In this document: piece by piece, positions 1 to 14,393 of the stretch
Layout of the letters: each line of letters opens with the position of its first letter
Position numbering within the stretch: the first letter of the stretch is position 1
Source of the DNA: Strigamia acuminata
Taxonomy: Eukaryota
Length of the DNA stretch: 64,000 nucleotides
Direction of reading: 5' to 3'
Assembly: GCA_949358305.1 (NCBI GenBank)
Contig: OX442314.1
Span: forward strand, 24,056,001 to 24,120,000
Notes under the pieces: generated by a model
What the model saw: only the letters and a program-made list of their open reading frames with translations
Told to the model about the DNA's origin: nothing
Database searches by the model: none
Made by a program: the position numbers and the translations under genes

Positions 1-63
1 TTTTCATCCAAACTTTTGACGGAGAGATTTTATTTGAGTGGGTGCTTGTATTGGATGCTGTAC

Positions 64-3000
64 CTGTAATGCTATCTGGCAGACCAACTAATTTTCCAAA
101 ATGACTGGCTAAGTCTCCAATAATTGCAGTTAATAAACCTATCATTCCCAATGAAAAAACGAAGCACAGCCAACCACCTAGCAATGACGGAGGAGGAACC
201 AGAGCAAACAGCACCTATAAAACAAAAATAAAAACATGTCAAACATTATTTTATTTAAATCAATAACTATTTATACCTTCCAGCCAAAAGTAAGCAGATG
301 AAGGACATAGTCTGTCCAAGAAGCATTTTCCAAGTCGCCACCATTGGGTACCATTGCAGATTTAAATTGCTGGGCCCAAGTCTCGCTTTCGACTCGAATA
401 AGGTCCATGTTTGCGTTTGTCATCATCATCATTTTGTTCATGACTGAATTAAAAGCTATTTTAAGATAGAAAAAGAAAAAGATAATTTAGAAAACGAAAA
501 GCAAAATTTCGATTTTTTTGTCTTTATTACTGTCATCGTTGGTGATTGTAACAGTAATTCGATTAGTATTGCCTAACTGGGCTCCGCCTGTCGGCTCAAA
601 TAATTCTATTTCAAAATGTTCATCTTTTTCTGGATCCATGTCATTGATGACTGGAATTTCAATATTCAGCTCCAACTGATAAAAAATAATCATTTAATCA
701 AGTATTAGACACTTATACGAGCACAAATCACTTCTTTAACGTGTAAAACAAGTCAATTTCACACACAAAACGCAAAAACGTCTAAAACTAATAAATTCGT
801 GCCGGTTTTTAATTACTCGTTAACTATCAACTACAAAATCAGTACTGCATTCAAAAATTAAAATATTTTGTGTTTTACTTCAATTTTAAAGCAAAAATGA
901 CATCATTTCCTATCCAACTTAAAATACTAAAATTGTATTTTTATTTTTGAATGCAGCTACTGAAAACGATTCGATGTGACACCCAAATCCATACGAATTT
1001 ACCAAGTTTTTTATCACGTTTTTATCTCAATCAATAATTTTTAAAGTACCACTTATGCTACGCTGATTATCGTGATAATTAACACTTTAACGGTTTAAAA
1101 CCCAACAGAGTCTAATAAATCAAACCCCATTCACAACACACTCAATTATCAACAACCAATGTAACACTCGTGTTAATACAATTGAATAAATCACCTCTCC
1201 GTGTTTGAAAAGAAGTTCACCTTTACCGCCTTCAAAATCTTGGCCATTAATAGCAGACTTATCTATTGTCCTCCACTGAACTGACACATCACCATCAGCT
1301 CCATTTTTCCTAATCACAGGTATTAAAGCTACGCCGACACTTTCCTCAATTAGCAACCCTCTCTTCTTAAATTGTAATATTCCAGGCTCTAAAACAAAAA
1401 TTTAAATCTTATTCATAAATAATTAATTGAAAACACTCTCAATTACCATCATCATTCAATATAACAATCTCCATGATGCTCACACGACCCAAAACAACTT
1501 CCTCTTCCATTCCTGTTGGAACACTTATCCGTAGAAAAAATTCTTCATCCGGCTCCCATGCATTGTCATCAATAATTTCTACTTCAACTTCTTTTTCCAC
1601 TTCATTGGGTTCGAATGCAACAATCTGATTAATAGGTACATAATCTTCTTCAGCTACTGCGGCTCCATCGATTGTCTCCACTCTGTAATTAAATGCAGGT
1701 TTTAATTAACGACCGATTCCATTTTCGCATGTAAACGTCCTATCGCCTTCATTTTGTACTTCATCAACAAGGCGATAAAATAAACATGTTTTATAAGTTT
1801 TTAAAACAGCAAACTTATCTACAAAAACAGTTCATGTTTTGATTCACAGCATGAGCAAATATTGCCACAGAAATGCGGTTTAAACCAATAAACAAATCAC
1901 TTTCAGCCGAAAAAAACACAATTTAGTAAGCAGAAATATCCCATACCCCTGACAGCTGTTGGGCATTTTATCTTTACCAGTATACTTGAAATTGCTTAAT
2001 TTTTCATGACCATTCCCCCAAGAGTCGTGCTTCTTTAAAGCACAACTCAATGGAGCGAGCAAAGATAGAACATAGAATATTTGCCTAGGCGATTTCTTTC
2101 ACATCGGCACATCAAACCTTCAAGTCATTAATACGACTCCAAGTAATTGCTTTTATCTTTTGCCTAAATCATCCTCACAGAAGAAGTGCATTCAATTATC
2201 AAAGCAAAAGTGCATTCTATTTTTTTTTTATGAATTAAAGTTACAAAAGCATGAAATATAAAACTTTGTGATCTATGAAAACTCGGCCACCGGACTCCAG
2301 TGCAAGAATATGCAGGATGGTGTTCCATATTTTTAAATTTGGAATTTGATATATTTATTTTTTCACCAAGTGGGGAAGGGAGGTAGGGGGTCCCTTTCTC
2401 AATATCATTACAGAATTGTTTGATATTGAATTGTTATATGATTGAAGTGGGTTCATGTCATCGAATCCCGTTTCCTCGAATCCAGTTTCGGTTACTTAAA
2501 TATGATGACTTTTTTTGTCTTCTCCTAAGAAATGCGTCACAACCTCCCTTTAGCTGTTTTTTTTTTGTCTGCACGCTGCGAAACCAATTTGCCACTTCAA
2601 GAAGATTCAAAGAAACAGGATTCGATGAAATGAGCCCACTCGTATATGATTAGCGAAAGGCTTTAATCGTGTGTATTAATTTATTGGCGGAAATTCAGAT
2701 ATTTTACCTCCATCCGTAAAAAAATAAGGGAATAAATCGAACTTAAATATACTAAACTAAACCAAATACAGGCAAAAATGACCTTGATTCAAGGTCAAAA
2801 TATCACATCCTTGTCGATGAGTTAAATCCAAACTCCTTTTAATTTTAATCAATTTACCACGCATGCTGCGTGGGCAACTGCTAGTTCATTCCTAATCAAC
2901 ACTCGGTACAGATTCTAGGATTGCAAAAGAGGGTGCAAAACGGGAAAGTGAGCAAGAATACGCATCTTAACTTCTGCCATAGAAGTAAATAAAATGTAAT

Positions 3001-6000
3001 TGTGCATTTGTTTGCTACCATTGATGAGCCACAATAAAACAAAGAGTATATCCCAATTGGATACCTAAAATGATACTCCGAATTGGAGTATAACCCTAAG
3101 AGGCGCTTTATAGGTTCAGTTCTTGCAAAAGAAGGGCCCCATGCGGCTGTTTCACTTGTGTTTGTAGCTTCAGCGTGTTACCACCTTCGTGCCTTTAATA
3201 TTACCTAATCTCCACTTTATTGTGAATGTTTCCTTTCCTTTCCACTATGACAATCACCTTGCCCGCACTCTCTAGAACAGCGCAGGAGGCCGAGTGGAAT
3301 TCGACAACTGCCGTTCGGATCTTCATGGAAGCAGAAGGTGAGGGAGGATAAGGGACATTTATTCCGTCCGCTTCGCCAATCACATCACATATCTGTTAAA
3401 AATTCAATTAAAATTGGTCAGTTTCATAATTTCGAATAATTAAGTACACGTTTCAAGAGACAAGTACGAAAAAAATACTTTTAAAACAGACAAACAAATT
3501 TACAAGCAATAGCAGAATTGAATGGCAGGCAAATTGAACGGATTGACACTTGGCAAGCAATATTTAAGCTTGAGCGAGGCGAAGTTTGGTTTATTTAATA
3601 CCTTGTCTGACGACGAAGCTCCAGGGATAAATTTTTTTAAATGTTCCTGGTACTGCATGGAAAAATATTCATGTTAGTGCATAGAGAAAACAAAATCAGC
3701 AGTGTACTACTACTAATACTACTAAAACTGACTAATTTAAGAGAAACGAAGGAAAATAGAAAATGAAGAGAACAAATGTTAGTAATGTTTTTCAAATTTT
3801 TTTTAGAAAATACTGCTCCCGACAATTCTTTATTAATAAAATAGAAAACAAACGGCTGCTTCGCTTCAAGATTTCTTTTCATATTATACGACGGCATGAC
3901 TTGGCAGAAGATATAAAAGGGTTTAGAACGGATTAAGCTAAAGCCGTTAATGCTGCAGTTTAAGGGAGTACCAAACCAAAGGATCAAGATATCAAGCCAT
4001 TCTGGCATTGGCGATCCCTAAAGCGCAGTTCACACGAGGAAAAGGATAAGGAATCACAAAAAAAAATATTTTAAATTATGCTTTTAAAGCAGCAATTACA
4101 TTTGTACACAAAGTTTACCCACTTTTATTGCTTGCAGCGGGGTTCTGTGTATGTATTACTCACTACATCAGCACGAATAAAATCGTCATAACATCTCATC
4201 AATATAGAAAGTCTGTTCAAGTTTGTATAAACACTAACAGAAAATACCTCGCAATTTCAAAACTAGTTATTTAATTTTTAATCAAAAACTACGTGTGGAA
4301 GTCTGGATTAATATTAGGATTTCATGCAGTAAAAATTCTACTTTCTACGCCTTAAAGTCTTGTGAGTGTTCGAACAGACTCCACTTGGACAGGGGAGGGC
4401 CACGGGACGTTAGACGCAACACACACGGTAAGATTATCCACAAAATACAACAGACACAGGTTTAGTTATTATTATAGCTTGATTGTTGTCTAGGGGTATG
4501 ACATGGTGTCTCATGGTGCATTTTCCAATGTGATGGCTGCATGGCAGTCGTCCTTATCTAGACCGCGTGGCACGGTGGCCATTGGCTGCATGACACGCGT
4601 GGTCAGATTGCATATTCAATCGCGTCGCTGCAATGTTCTTTAAGAACGCAGGACGACCTCGGCTTACATGGACGCTCAGGTCCCAGTGGGTGAAAGAGCT
4701 GCCCCGCCGATCAGTTTGGTTGCTAACTTAGCTAGGTTTGCCTTGCTGGCTATTCATCAACTCGTGGGCCTCTACAGGGCCCACCCACTTCCGGAAGAGT
4801 CACTTCCGGGGCCCGATTGGTCAATCAAGGGCCCGCAGCTCCACCTGGTTGCGGAGGACCGCAACTGGCGTGCGAGAAACACGAGAGGCGCAGGAGCTGC
4901 ATAAGGTACCTTGCGCTGCAGGGCAGTGATCAGCTTGCAGGGGCAGCTGGTCACAGTCTATTACATCAGATTAAACGAACTGGAACTACCATAATCAGAT
5001 TGTTTTCAAGCGTTGAATCAGTTTTAATTAGTTATTACTTTTTGTATTCATTGCAACCAGTGAAGGCGACCCAAAACGGTCGAAAGGTCTTTGGTTTAAT
5101 TAAATTCAAATGCAAGTTCGTTATTTAATCTGCTCTAATACACTGAATGCAGCACGCATTGAAAGAAAGTTTAGCCTTTAAGCTTAGCTTCCATGTCGGT
5201 AAATATTCCGTAAAAGTGAAATGGATGCCGCAATCTCACTTGCCACTAAAATTCGATGTCGCTATATAGTGAGAAATCGGAGCTCAGGAAAACAAAAAGA
5301 CAATTTCGCAGTTACTATCTAGGTTGAAGTCTAAATATATCTTCCAATTTACTGTGAGCCAATCATTTTAGAAAACGTCCAAAAATAAATTCTACTCCAA
5401 TAATTGTACATGCTACATTGTTACAAAATCTAGTGCAGAAGCATAGTATTAAATTAAAATCATTATATCCCCCTTCCCACTAACAAGGCCAGCTTAACTC
5501 TACCTAATCCAGCTTAAAACACGGCACCTCACTTGTTAAAAGTTAAAAGTCTCGCATAATAATGTCAAAACATTACCATCCATTGCATCTCCCCAATCCC
5601 CCACCTTTTGTCAATTACATCCGTACTTTCCACAATCAATAGTGTTTTTGTGGAAAGCTACTTATGGAATATAAAAAGCAAAGTAATAACCCTATAACTG
5701 CAGTATAAATTCATACGGAAGTTTGTACATTTGTGCATTTGCGTGTTAGCACCTTTGAGTTATATAAAGTTATAACGTTAGAAACAGGATGTGTTAGCTG
5801 CAGCACGAAGCCGTGTGCAAATAAATCAATCGGTCGGCCAGAAACAATATGAATTGTTCAAGTCGTAAGAAACATTAAACTACCTTATATCCTCGCGTAC
5901 AGTGCGAAATATTTATTCAGAAATTACTACCTCTAATTGGGGGAGGGGGGGGGGGTTGCATTATACGCGCGTACACCATTTATTAGCAAAAATGGCGCCT

Positions 6001-8981
6001 TAAAATGGGGGGTCGCATTATACATGGGTCAGATTGTACACGAGTTTATACAGTAGGTAATGTTCAAATTAATCCTGAGATTGATGAGATATGAATTTTA
6101 TTAAACTTAGAGTGACAAAATAGGTCTGGCACCACGTACGCAAAATCATAACATACTCGCAGTGGATTGGCTCCCTTATTTAATAAAAAAGTTATAATTC
6201 AGAGCTTAGTTATAATTACACCCCGTTATATAGGTGTAAGGTTATAACTCGACTTTATAACTCACAAAAACCCTTCCACACTATTATCCTAATCTTATGA
6301 ATAAGTGCATTGTACTGTCACAAAGTTAGTTTCAATGTTGGTTAAATATGCGCGAAAACGAGCGCAGCGCAGATTCGGAGCTGGCTAGTGCTCTTAAGTG
6401 CAATTCATGACATTACGTTATGCCAAAATCACTAAAAACGCAGGCGAGCTATCAAAAGAATGAATAAACAGCCAAAAATAAAAATTTAAATGACTTTCTG
6501 TAAAATCTTCGTCCATAAATGCTTGTCGTTATTGGCGCACTAAACTTAATGTATTCACATTTATGTGCATCCCAGCAGCAACAAATCAATAATCTTTGCC
6601 ATAAATGTACCTCTCTCAGCCTATCATTTAATTTAGGGACTGTTTTCCTGCTGCCTGTCATTTCCCTCACAGCTCCAATGCGGTACCACATGCGACTGTG
6701 CGGTTGCTGTTCGCTCAGCTTCGAGGCTGCCAAAACTGCCGCATCCTCATCGCTCAGACCGGGGTACTTTTTCACTTCCTAGAAAATAAATTTTAAGCCC
6801 AGAAATCAATACACGTGGTAACAATATTTATTTTTACTTTTTATGATTGAGCAACTTACCTTTACAAAAGCAATTAAAGCAGCACGGTTCAATTTTCCAT
6901 CTTTAAAATAAATTTTGTCCTTATCTGAATGTTAAAAAAGAGAGAACCATACGTAAGTAAATATTAATTACTCGTGCGTAATTTCACTCAAGTTATAAAG
7001 TGCAACGAAGCCAATTTGACGCATATAACACGAAACACGTGCTCGATTGATCGGTGAAAACAAGACACAAACTGTGATTAAACACGTGGTTGACACCGAT
7101 TTTTTACACATTTTACCTGGCAAACGTTTCATAAATCCCGCTGAATCTGAGCAATCATTTGGCAACGGAAATAAAACATAAAAAGCAAAAACTCCATTAA
7201 TTCAATTTGTATTAATTTCCGTTCGTTTCTCTGTTTTACGATTGAAATAATAATAATAACAATAATGATATTGATGATAAACCATTCCAAAAGCACCTAA
7301 CAAACATTTTTAAAATTAACAATAACTTCTCATTTACTCGAGATGACAACGGATGTCTACTAAATCCATATTACGGGCGTTCAGAGTAACCATTGAGTGC
7401 CTCATTCTGATTTCACAAGTGAAATAAAAATAAAAAACGTTTCATTTCAGTGCAGGCTTGCCAATAAATCGATGCCGAAGTGATTGAAATTAATTTTCCA
7501 TGAAACCGACTGCAATACTTGTTGGGTGTGGCACCTTTAATTTATTTCTGTTATTTTATAAATATAAATTCACTTTTATAAGCCAATTACACATAACCCA
7601 ATGGAGAGCTGAAATGGAGAGCTGAATTTTACAAATCTTACAAAACAAATTACTTCTAAATTTTGGGTTAATCTCATTACTATCCATAATTTAATTAAAC
7701 CCACTCGCACATTGTTGCATAAAATTGGTAAATAAAATTACTTCCTAAAACAGTTCGAAAAATCCCTTGAAAACCCCGACTAACTCACTTATTGGCGCTA
7801 AATGCAAAGCAGCCATTTCCTAAAAATCATATAAATTGCATTTTGCTTTCAATTTCACCCTTTACGCTCAGGTGCTCATTTACCTCCAGTGAAGCCTAAT
7901 TCCAATTGCTTGCTTCTCCCGACTTTCTTCACTCTACACAAGTTCTTATCTGCCATGTAAGCGCAGATGACGCAGATGGGGAAGAAAAGAAATGTCAAAA
8001 TGGCTTCCCACATGTCCACCACATTCGGCGTAATCGCAACCAAAACTATAAGTAGCCAAATGTACGCAAACACACTAAAAACAAAAAATAAATACAATCA
8101 AACATTGAAAACATTCACGAATCAAAATGCCAATACCAGAAAAACGCAGTCGTTGCGAAAACATTTATATTTTTAATCGGTCGCGTCTCATCTTTGGGTA
8201 TAATGACCATACAAAACCCAGTGATGATGAGCAGATTGAAAGCTGCTGACCCCACTATAGTTCCAGGTCCTAATTCACCGGCTTTGAAACCATTACCAAT
8301 TGTCTGCAATTAAATTAAAATGTATTAATAATCATCACGAATTGCGTCATTTATGTCAAACCAGGAGTGAATAAACAACCTCGAGTAGACCTTTGCCCAT
8401 CTGTTGTTCCATTTATCACTCAAAACGTCGTTTTAAGTGTTTTAAATGCAATTGCTTGCCATTTTCTACGTTTCCGCTAATTATCTGTTATTATTTCCAC
8501 TAATATTCGCTTAAAGCATTGAAAACGGGCTAAAACGCGGGCCCAAAACGCAGAATTTAAACTGAAATAACACATCTCCTTTGGCGTGCGGGCAGAAATA
8601 AAAGTTCTTTTTACTCGAGGTTGTTTATTTCTCCCCAAAACCTACTTCGATGCACGACAGTAGTATCTCGGGAGCACTCGAACCGAGTGCCATGAGTGTG
8701 AGATTGGCTACCGTGTCGTTCCAAACTTTAACTTCTATCACTTCCGGTTCATTGGGATTCGTGGTGGACAGTCGTATTTTTCTCGTTTTGCTCGTAATTT
8801 TTTCAATCGAGCACATAAAGATGTCGGCGATAATGGCCACGCCCAAAAAGCAATAGATCATTCCGACGAAATAGACGGCCGCTCGGGCGCCCACCGACCA
8901 TTCATGTTCCGCCAAAATAGGCAGAAGCAACCCGGTTCGTATGGTTTCGTTGTACAAAAATTTAGGGTCCCTGTTCACCAT
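64..8981 (-). CDS. NCX: Na+/Ca2+ exchanger (SLC8/Calx family), 5' portion; gene continues beyond the left window edge
   Basis: In-frame GT-AG exons: 8981-8646, 8303-8137, 8074-7884, 6924-6860, 6778-6611, 3392-3205, 1682-1447, 1388-1195, 675-531, 455-277, 214-64. Alpha-1 repeat (VANLTLMALGSSAPE...GTIVGSAAFN), two Calx-beta domains (ETIDGAAVAEEDY, IIDDNAWEPDEEF, INDMDPEKDEHFEIEL) and the C-terminal TM region (FGWKVLFALVPP...GDLASHFG). Confidence 0.95.
839..963. mobile_element. MITE of the (A)GCTGCATTCAAAAA-TIR family, in an NCX intron
   Basis: tcagtactgcattcaaaaa...tttttgaatgcagctactga inverted ends. Related copies at about 16280-16420, 13852, 17554 and 36748-37037. Confidence 0.7.
2272..2884 (+). 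mobile_element. Possible non-autonomous Helitron
   Basis: 3' hairpin CCACGCA-TGC-TGCGTGG followed about 8 nt later by CTAG|T at 2881-2885. Candidate 5' end A|TCTAT at 2271/2272 (uncertain). Confidence 0.45.
4361..4955. mobile_element. Solo LTR (595 bp) in an NCX intron
   Basis: GC-rich block with TGTGA...TCACA termini and a 4-bp TSD GTCT (4357-4360 and 4956-4959). Confidence 0.8.
8372..8627. mobile_element. MITE in NCX coding intron 1
   Basis: Terminal inverted repeat taaacaacctcgagta / tactcgaggttgttta. Confidence 0.65.
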
Positions 8982-10423
8982 GTTTCTTAAATTAAAAAAA
9001 AATAATAATAATTAATTATTCCACTTTAATAATTAATTTTCATGAATAAATTCTCTGCACGTGCAAATTTTACACCAGAATTTTAAATTTCACCTTTAAC
9101 AACACAACACCAACTAATAAAACGGAACCAGGACTTGTGGTTGTGAAACGACGTTTGGTAATGAGATTCTACACAATAACACGAGTGATAAAACGGCAAA
9201 AAGCTGCAGTGCTATCAAAACACTCGGTAGCTTCGTATCATCCATTCAAATACAGCAGCAATGTGACAAACGGCGACACAAATTCCTCGAGATAATCCAG
9301 ACCTTAATTGGTATCAATGTTCAAGCAACCTGCACCACAACAACACATCCATTCCTTCCAGATGGTTGAACATGAGTACGTGACCCTGTTACCTACAATT
9401 CGGGGGTGTATAACCCCGGGGCTGTGAATACCGTGAATAATGCACAACCTTGACATTTTCACTCGAGATTGAAAAACAAACCCAACGAAAAAATCTAGTG
9501 TTGGGAATCAAGTAATTACGAACGTTTCCGCACTGACATCATCATCATCAATGCATCACTTCTAGGCTCGGCTAGGTGATATTTTCCCACGCAAAATGTA
9601 AATGCAGAATAGATTATTTATTAGTTTTTAGTCTACACATTCTTAAAACATGATTTCGTTGAATTTCTGACAAGTATGGCTCTCGAATAGATTTTTTTGA
9701 TTTATGTAAATTTTTTTGCTCGTAATAATTTATAAATGCAAATCGATTTCACGCGGAATTCCAATAATATCTACAACGTCAGATAAAGTAATTACCTAGA
9801 CAGCTGCATTTAAATTTATAAACCATCTTCAAGTTTGTTATTAAATTGTTATGAAAAAATATGAAAATATCGAAACAACGTCGAAAAGAGCAATTAAACA
9901 AATTAAACAACAATTGAATTTAAATATCCCACTTTCAATCCATTCAAAACGAGAAAATTTTGATGGAATTTTGATAAAATATTGATAAAATTCACCCTTG
10001 ACCAGTAGATTTCTATCCAAGCATCAAAGTAATGAATGGAAAGGAAATGTAACAAAAACAACAATAAAATAAATAAAAATAAATAAATAAAAATAGCCCA
10101 TTTTCGAAAACAATAAGAAAACAAGTCCAAACAACATTTTGAAAAAAAAATACAAAATTAAGGAAAAACTGCCACCTGCCACACCTGGCGAAAAATAGCG
10201 CCAAATATAGGGCGAATTTAATATGCGATAACAGCAACAATTATTTGACATTTACAGCCAACACTAGAATAATCGTATTTTACTTAACAGACCCTTATTG
10301 GATTCTAATTACTACCCTACACGACATCAGGTTGAACACATTGGACACTGAATCAATGTTAATGTCAATTCGTCTGAATGCACTTCAGTCCAACACATTG
10401 AATTAGAAATTGCACAAACTCAC

Positions 10424-10557
10424 CTTGTACTTACTTACGTTTTGATTTTTACAGCAGCAAGTTAAGTGTATGATTAATCCCACTGACAAACACTACATCC
10501 TCATGCTAGCTGCTGGTGTTTGCTGGTGGTTCGAGGCATTGACAAGTGGAGAACTGA
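10424..10557 (-). promoter_or_regulatory. Putative NCX transcription start (Initiator) and non-coding first exon
   Basis: Minus-strand TCAGTT at 10557-10552 and a strong donor AAG|GTGAGT at 10424/10423, upstream of the NCX ATG exon. Inferred only. Confidence 0.4.
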
Positions 10558-12138
10558 ACTCACTGGTTGCCGGATGAGTCTATTTGGAATTTTCTGAGGG
10601 AAGGAACAATAGTGATACAATCAAGGCCGTCTATCCAGATCACAAAACCAGCAGACCGCATATGAGAAAAAAAATTCTTTTTTTTTTTTCAAATACAAAA
10701 AGAATTCATTTTTCTATAAATTATAAAAAAAAAACTTATATAAAAAAAAAAAAAAAAAAAAAATTATAAATAAAAAAACGACATTTTTATATAACCATCA
10801 CGAAAATCGTAAAAACACATGAAAAATTTATTTGCTTCCCTGTTACACCACAGCAATGTTTATTTCTCCGTAATTTAACGGATAACTGTGTTGTGAGGTC
10901 ATGTGCAAAAAAATCGATAGATTTAAAGTTAGTGTGCTACTCGGGAAAATAAACAAGCCAATAAAAAAAATACACAACCACTGTTCTAAGCATTGCTTGA
11001 TGATTTCTCATTAATTCGTCATTGCATTTATCCTGAGAACAATTTAACTCTCCGATTACCAGTCACGGAATTAAGCATGCGGAAATTAAAACCACACCCG
11101 TGTGATATCACAATCGTGACGTCACTTTGACATCACCTAATGATATGATCGACTTTCCAGTTGTATCAGGATTAATCAAACTCTACTTACGCTTTTGGTT
11201 GATACTCAACTAATCACTGTAACCCGGAGGAGCGAGTTTTTAGAGCTCCTCCGAGACAAGTGTCAAACTGTTATCGATTTTCATTTCGATAAGTTTATAC
11301 TCGCGGATCGATGGTAACCATAAACAGGTAAAGACGTCACACCTATGTTTTATTTACCGTAATTCAGAGTGGTACCTGTAACTAAGTGTTAAAACTTTGC
11401 TTGTGCAAATAATTTATACTATAATTGTCTGTTCCGACGTCGATTAAAGCACAGCGTTATTTCGCGTCATTTTTAGTTCTCCTGTTGTTTTATTATCAGA
11501 ATATTGCGTCATCTAAAAGCAGTGGAAATCGTTTACGGAATGTAAATATCATCGTACGATCGATTTGAGTGATGCAGTGCCAGGTTAAATGCCCCTAGAT
11601 ACAGGAATCTTGGAGGCGCCCTAGGTCGGACAGTTTACAAAAGGGCACTTTTTAAGTGCTCAAATATGTTTATTTTAAAAATTACTGTAGGCTCATTCAT
11701 AGTCATGTTTAACTTGCAGGGAAACATGTTTTTTGGTTTAAATGTTGCACGCATGCCAAAAGCGAATGAAAACAGATGAAATCTAGCGCCATTTTTGAAG
11801 TTAGATCGAGACAAACCGTTTAAATATGTTATTTAAAATGCTGTTTAGTCTAAATTACTTTATGGATGCGCCTAGTGAACCGGAAGCCTATATTAAGGGG
11901 CTCCGCCTGGTGGAATTTTCTTTAAAATACTGAAGATTCCAGGACAAGCCACAAATAACATCATTTATTTGTTATTCATACAAGTAATATTTTGCTTCCT
12001 AACTTCGCAAAATTTAAACTTTTGTCCGCAGTCTTTTTGAGGAGTAAGAGAAAATTTTCAATAAAAAAATCCGAGTTGGAGGAACTTGGTACTATTTGAT
12101 ACTTGGGTGAAGTGATTTGGTGTTTAAATCACGAAATA

Positions 12139-12765
12139 AAGGGTGTCCCAAAAATAACGCAAGATTTGAATTTGCCGCCATTTGTGCAGTAATTGTTGGC
12201 AACCCTGAAACAACAACAAATTGACAGCTAAGAGTTTAGGGTTAGGTTTAGGGTTAGTGAAAATGGAGTGTTACACGATACAACAACGTGTTTAGAGTTG
12301 GTAAACATGGAGCATTACTCGATACAACAACGTGTAACAATTCAATTACTGCAAGAGACATTTCCTGGTCGTGTACTCTCTCGTTTCGGTGATCAGAATT
12401 GGCCCCCTAGATCGTGTGATTTAACACCATTAGATTTCTTTTTACAAGATTATTTGAATTCAAAGGTCTATGTCAACAAGCCCACAACCACCCGTGCATT
12501 ACAATTCTGATCACCGAAACGAAAGAGTACACGACCAGGTTATGTCTCTTGCAATAATTGAATTGTTACACGTTGTTGTATCAAGTAATGCTCCATGTTT
12601 ACCAACCCTAAACACGTTGTTGTATCGTGTAGCACTCCATTTTCACTAACCCTAAACCTAACCCTAAACTCTTAGCTGTCAATTTGTTGCTGTTTCAGGG
12701 TTGCAAACAATTTACTGGACAAATGGCGACGAATTCAAATCTTGCGTTATTTTTGAGACACCCTT
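12139..12765. mobile_element. Tc1/mariner-derived foldback element with a transposase remnant
   Basis: Inverted arms of about 260 bp (12139-12401 and 12502-12765), TA-associated (A)AGGGTG ends. ORF 12268-12510 contains the WPPRSCDLTPLDFFL motif of Tc1/mariner transposases. Confidence 0.85.
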
Positions 12766-14150
12766 ATAACAAAAAGTAGAACCTGCTGCAATACTTTTTT
12801 CCCACACTGATTTCATCTCATCGCGTGATTTCCTAATTTATAGCAAAGTTTTGCTCGAAAAATATTTTTAAAAAAAATTCAAATTGCGTGTTAATTTATT
12901 TATCACGTTCATTTGTTTTAACATGCTCAGTGCACCACAATTCCATGCGTGTCCGACTCGATCCGATGACAATACAAGTCGTGCGCACAATTCGATTAAC
13001 TTCTCGCAGTCAATGCTGTATTGTACGGGTCGTGACCCGTCTATTTTCAGATCACACGAATTGGCACAAACGGTTCCAACTTGCTTGTATAAACTAGTCA
13101 ACATATAAAATAATATCAGCAATATGGTCAAGTGCAGTTTGAACTACCTTTTTAATTGTGATTGGCCACCGAGAAGTGGAGTGCAGTTTATGCCTCCATA
13201 AATTTCCAGACCAGATCCCACAAAATAAGTGAAACGAGTCGCGTTTTCAAGTTCGAGTATCTAGATGACCCATTATTGCTTGACCTTTCACAGAATCCAA
13301 ATGAAATTCATCTGGCTACCATGACAACTCATTTGTAACATCACGTGCAACTATGGGTCCACAAACTGGAATAATTACAGCAATACATAACAAAACAAAA
13401 AACATTTCGTGACAAATTTAGTCTTGCTCACTGGTCTGTATCCTCTGTTGGATGACTTGTGTTTAAAGCATTAAGCCTTATATTGATTGCAGCTGAGGAA
13501 GAGAAATCGTTTCCTCAATTATAAATGTGAGTCTCAAACCAAAATAAATTCGTACGATCATTTATGATTATGTAAGACTGGAAAATCATTAAAGTCGAGC
13601 TTTATGCCTGTAGGCTACTTAAGTTGATGTTCGTGTGACTCAATGACCATGATGTCATGTTTTGCACTCCTTATTTATCAGCCGAGAGGTCTAGACATTC
13701 GATTAAATCACTCTGTTTTTCAAACCTGCTCTATTTTATTTACAACACTATGGCACACCAAAGAGGACTTCCATTGCACGCCCACAAATACCAATGAGCT
13801 GACATCCACTTTTAACTGACTTGTGAGAGAAATGCACACAACTACTAACACTAGCTGAATTCAAAAATAAAAATAACAATTTTAGTTTAAGTGTATTTTA
13901 AGTTTTAACATGGGTTTAAACAGGAAATAATGTTATTTTTGGTTTAAAATTGAAGTAAAACGCTAAATATTTTATTTTTTCAATGCCGCTACTGTTTTCT
14001 TTATATGGTGCGTGAATTTGCTAACACCCGTAGAGTGGTGAATTCTTCTTAGGTCAAATATTTAAATTGTATGACAAGATATAGTAATCAGGAAAAGTTT
14101 TGTCAAAAATTTATTGATTAAATTTGTTTATTCTGTCAAAATTAAGTATA

Positions 14151-14393
14151 CCGTATTTTACCAAATAAGAGCCGCGGCTCTTATTCAAAACTGCCACTTT
14201 GAGCTGCGGCTTTAATTCGGGGGCGGCTCCAATTCGGGAGCGGCTCTTAATTTAAATAGTGGCCGTTCATTGAACGTATATAGCCGCGGCTACTATTCGA
14301 GGGCGGCTCTTATATCAAGTCGCCTATCACGGTCGCGGCTACTATTCGAGGGCGGCTACAATACGAGGGCGACTCTTATTCGGTAAAATACGG
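14151..14393. mobile_element. MITE (CCGTATT TIR, TA TSD)
   Basis: ta|ccgtattttaccaaataagagccgc ... gactcttattcggtaaaatacgg|ta, with internal gcggct.ctattcgaggg repeats. Confidence 0.8.

Noticed and set aside
7338..7406. Extra NCX micro-exon
   Set aside because: Flanked by plausible AG/GT, but the required phase gives an immediate TGA; the neighbouring exons join in frame without it.
12234..12258. Telomere or interstitial telomere (TTAGG)
   Set aside because: Only a few imperfect units, mirrored in the other arm of a transposon.
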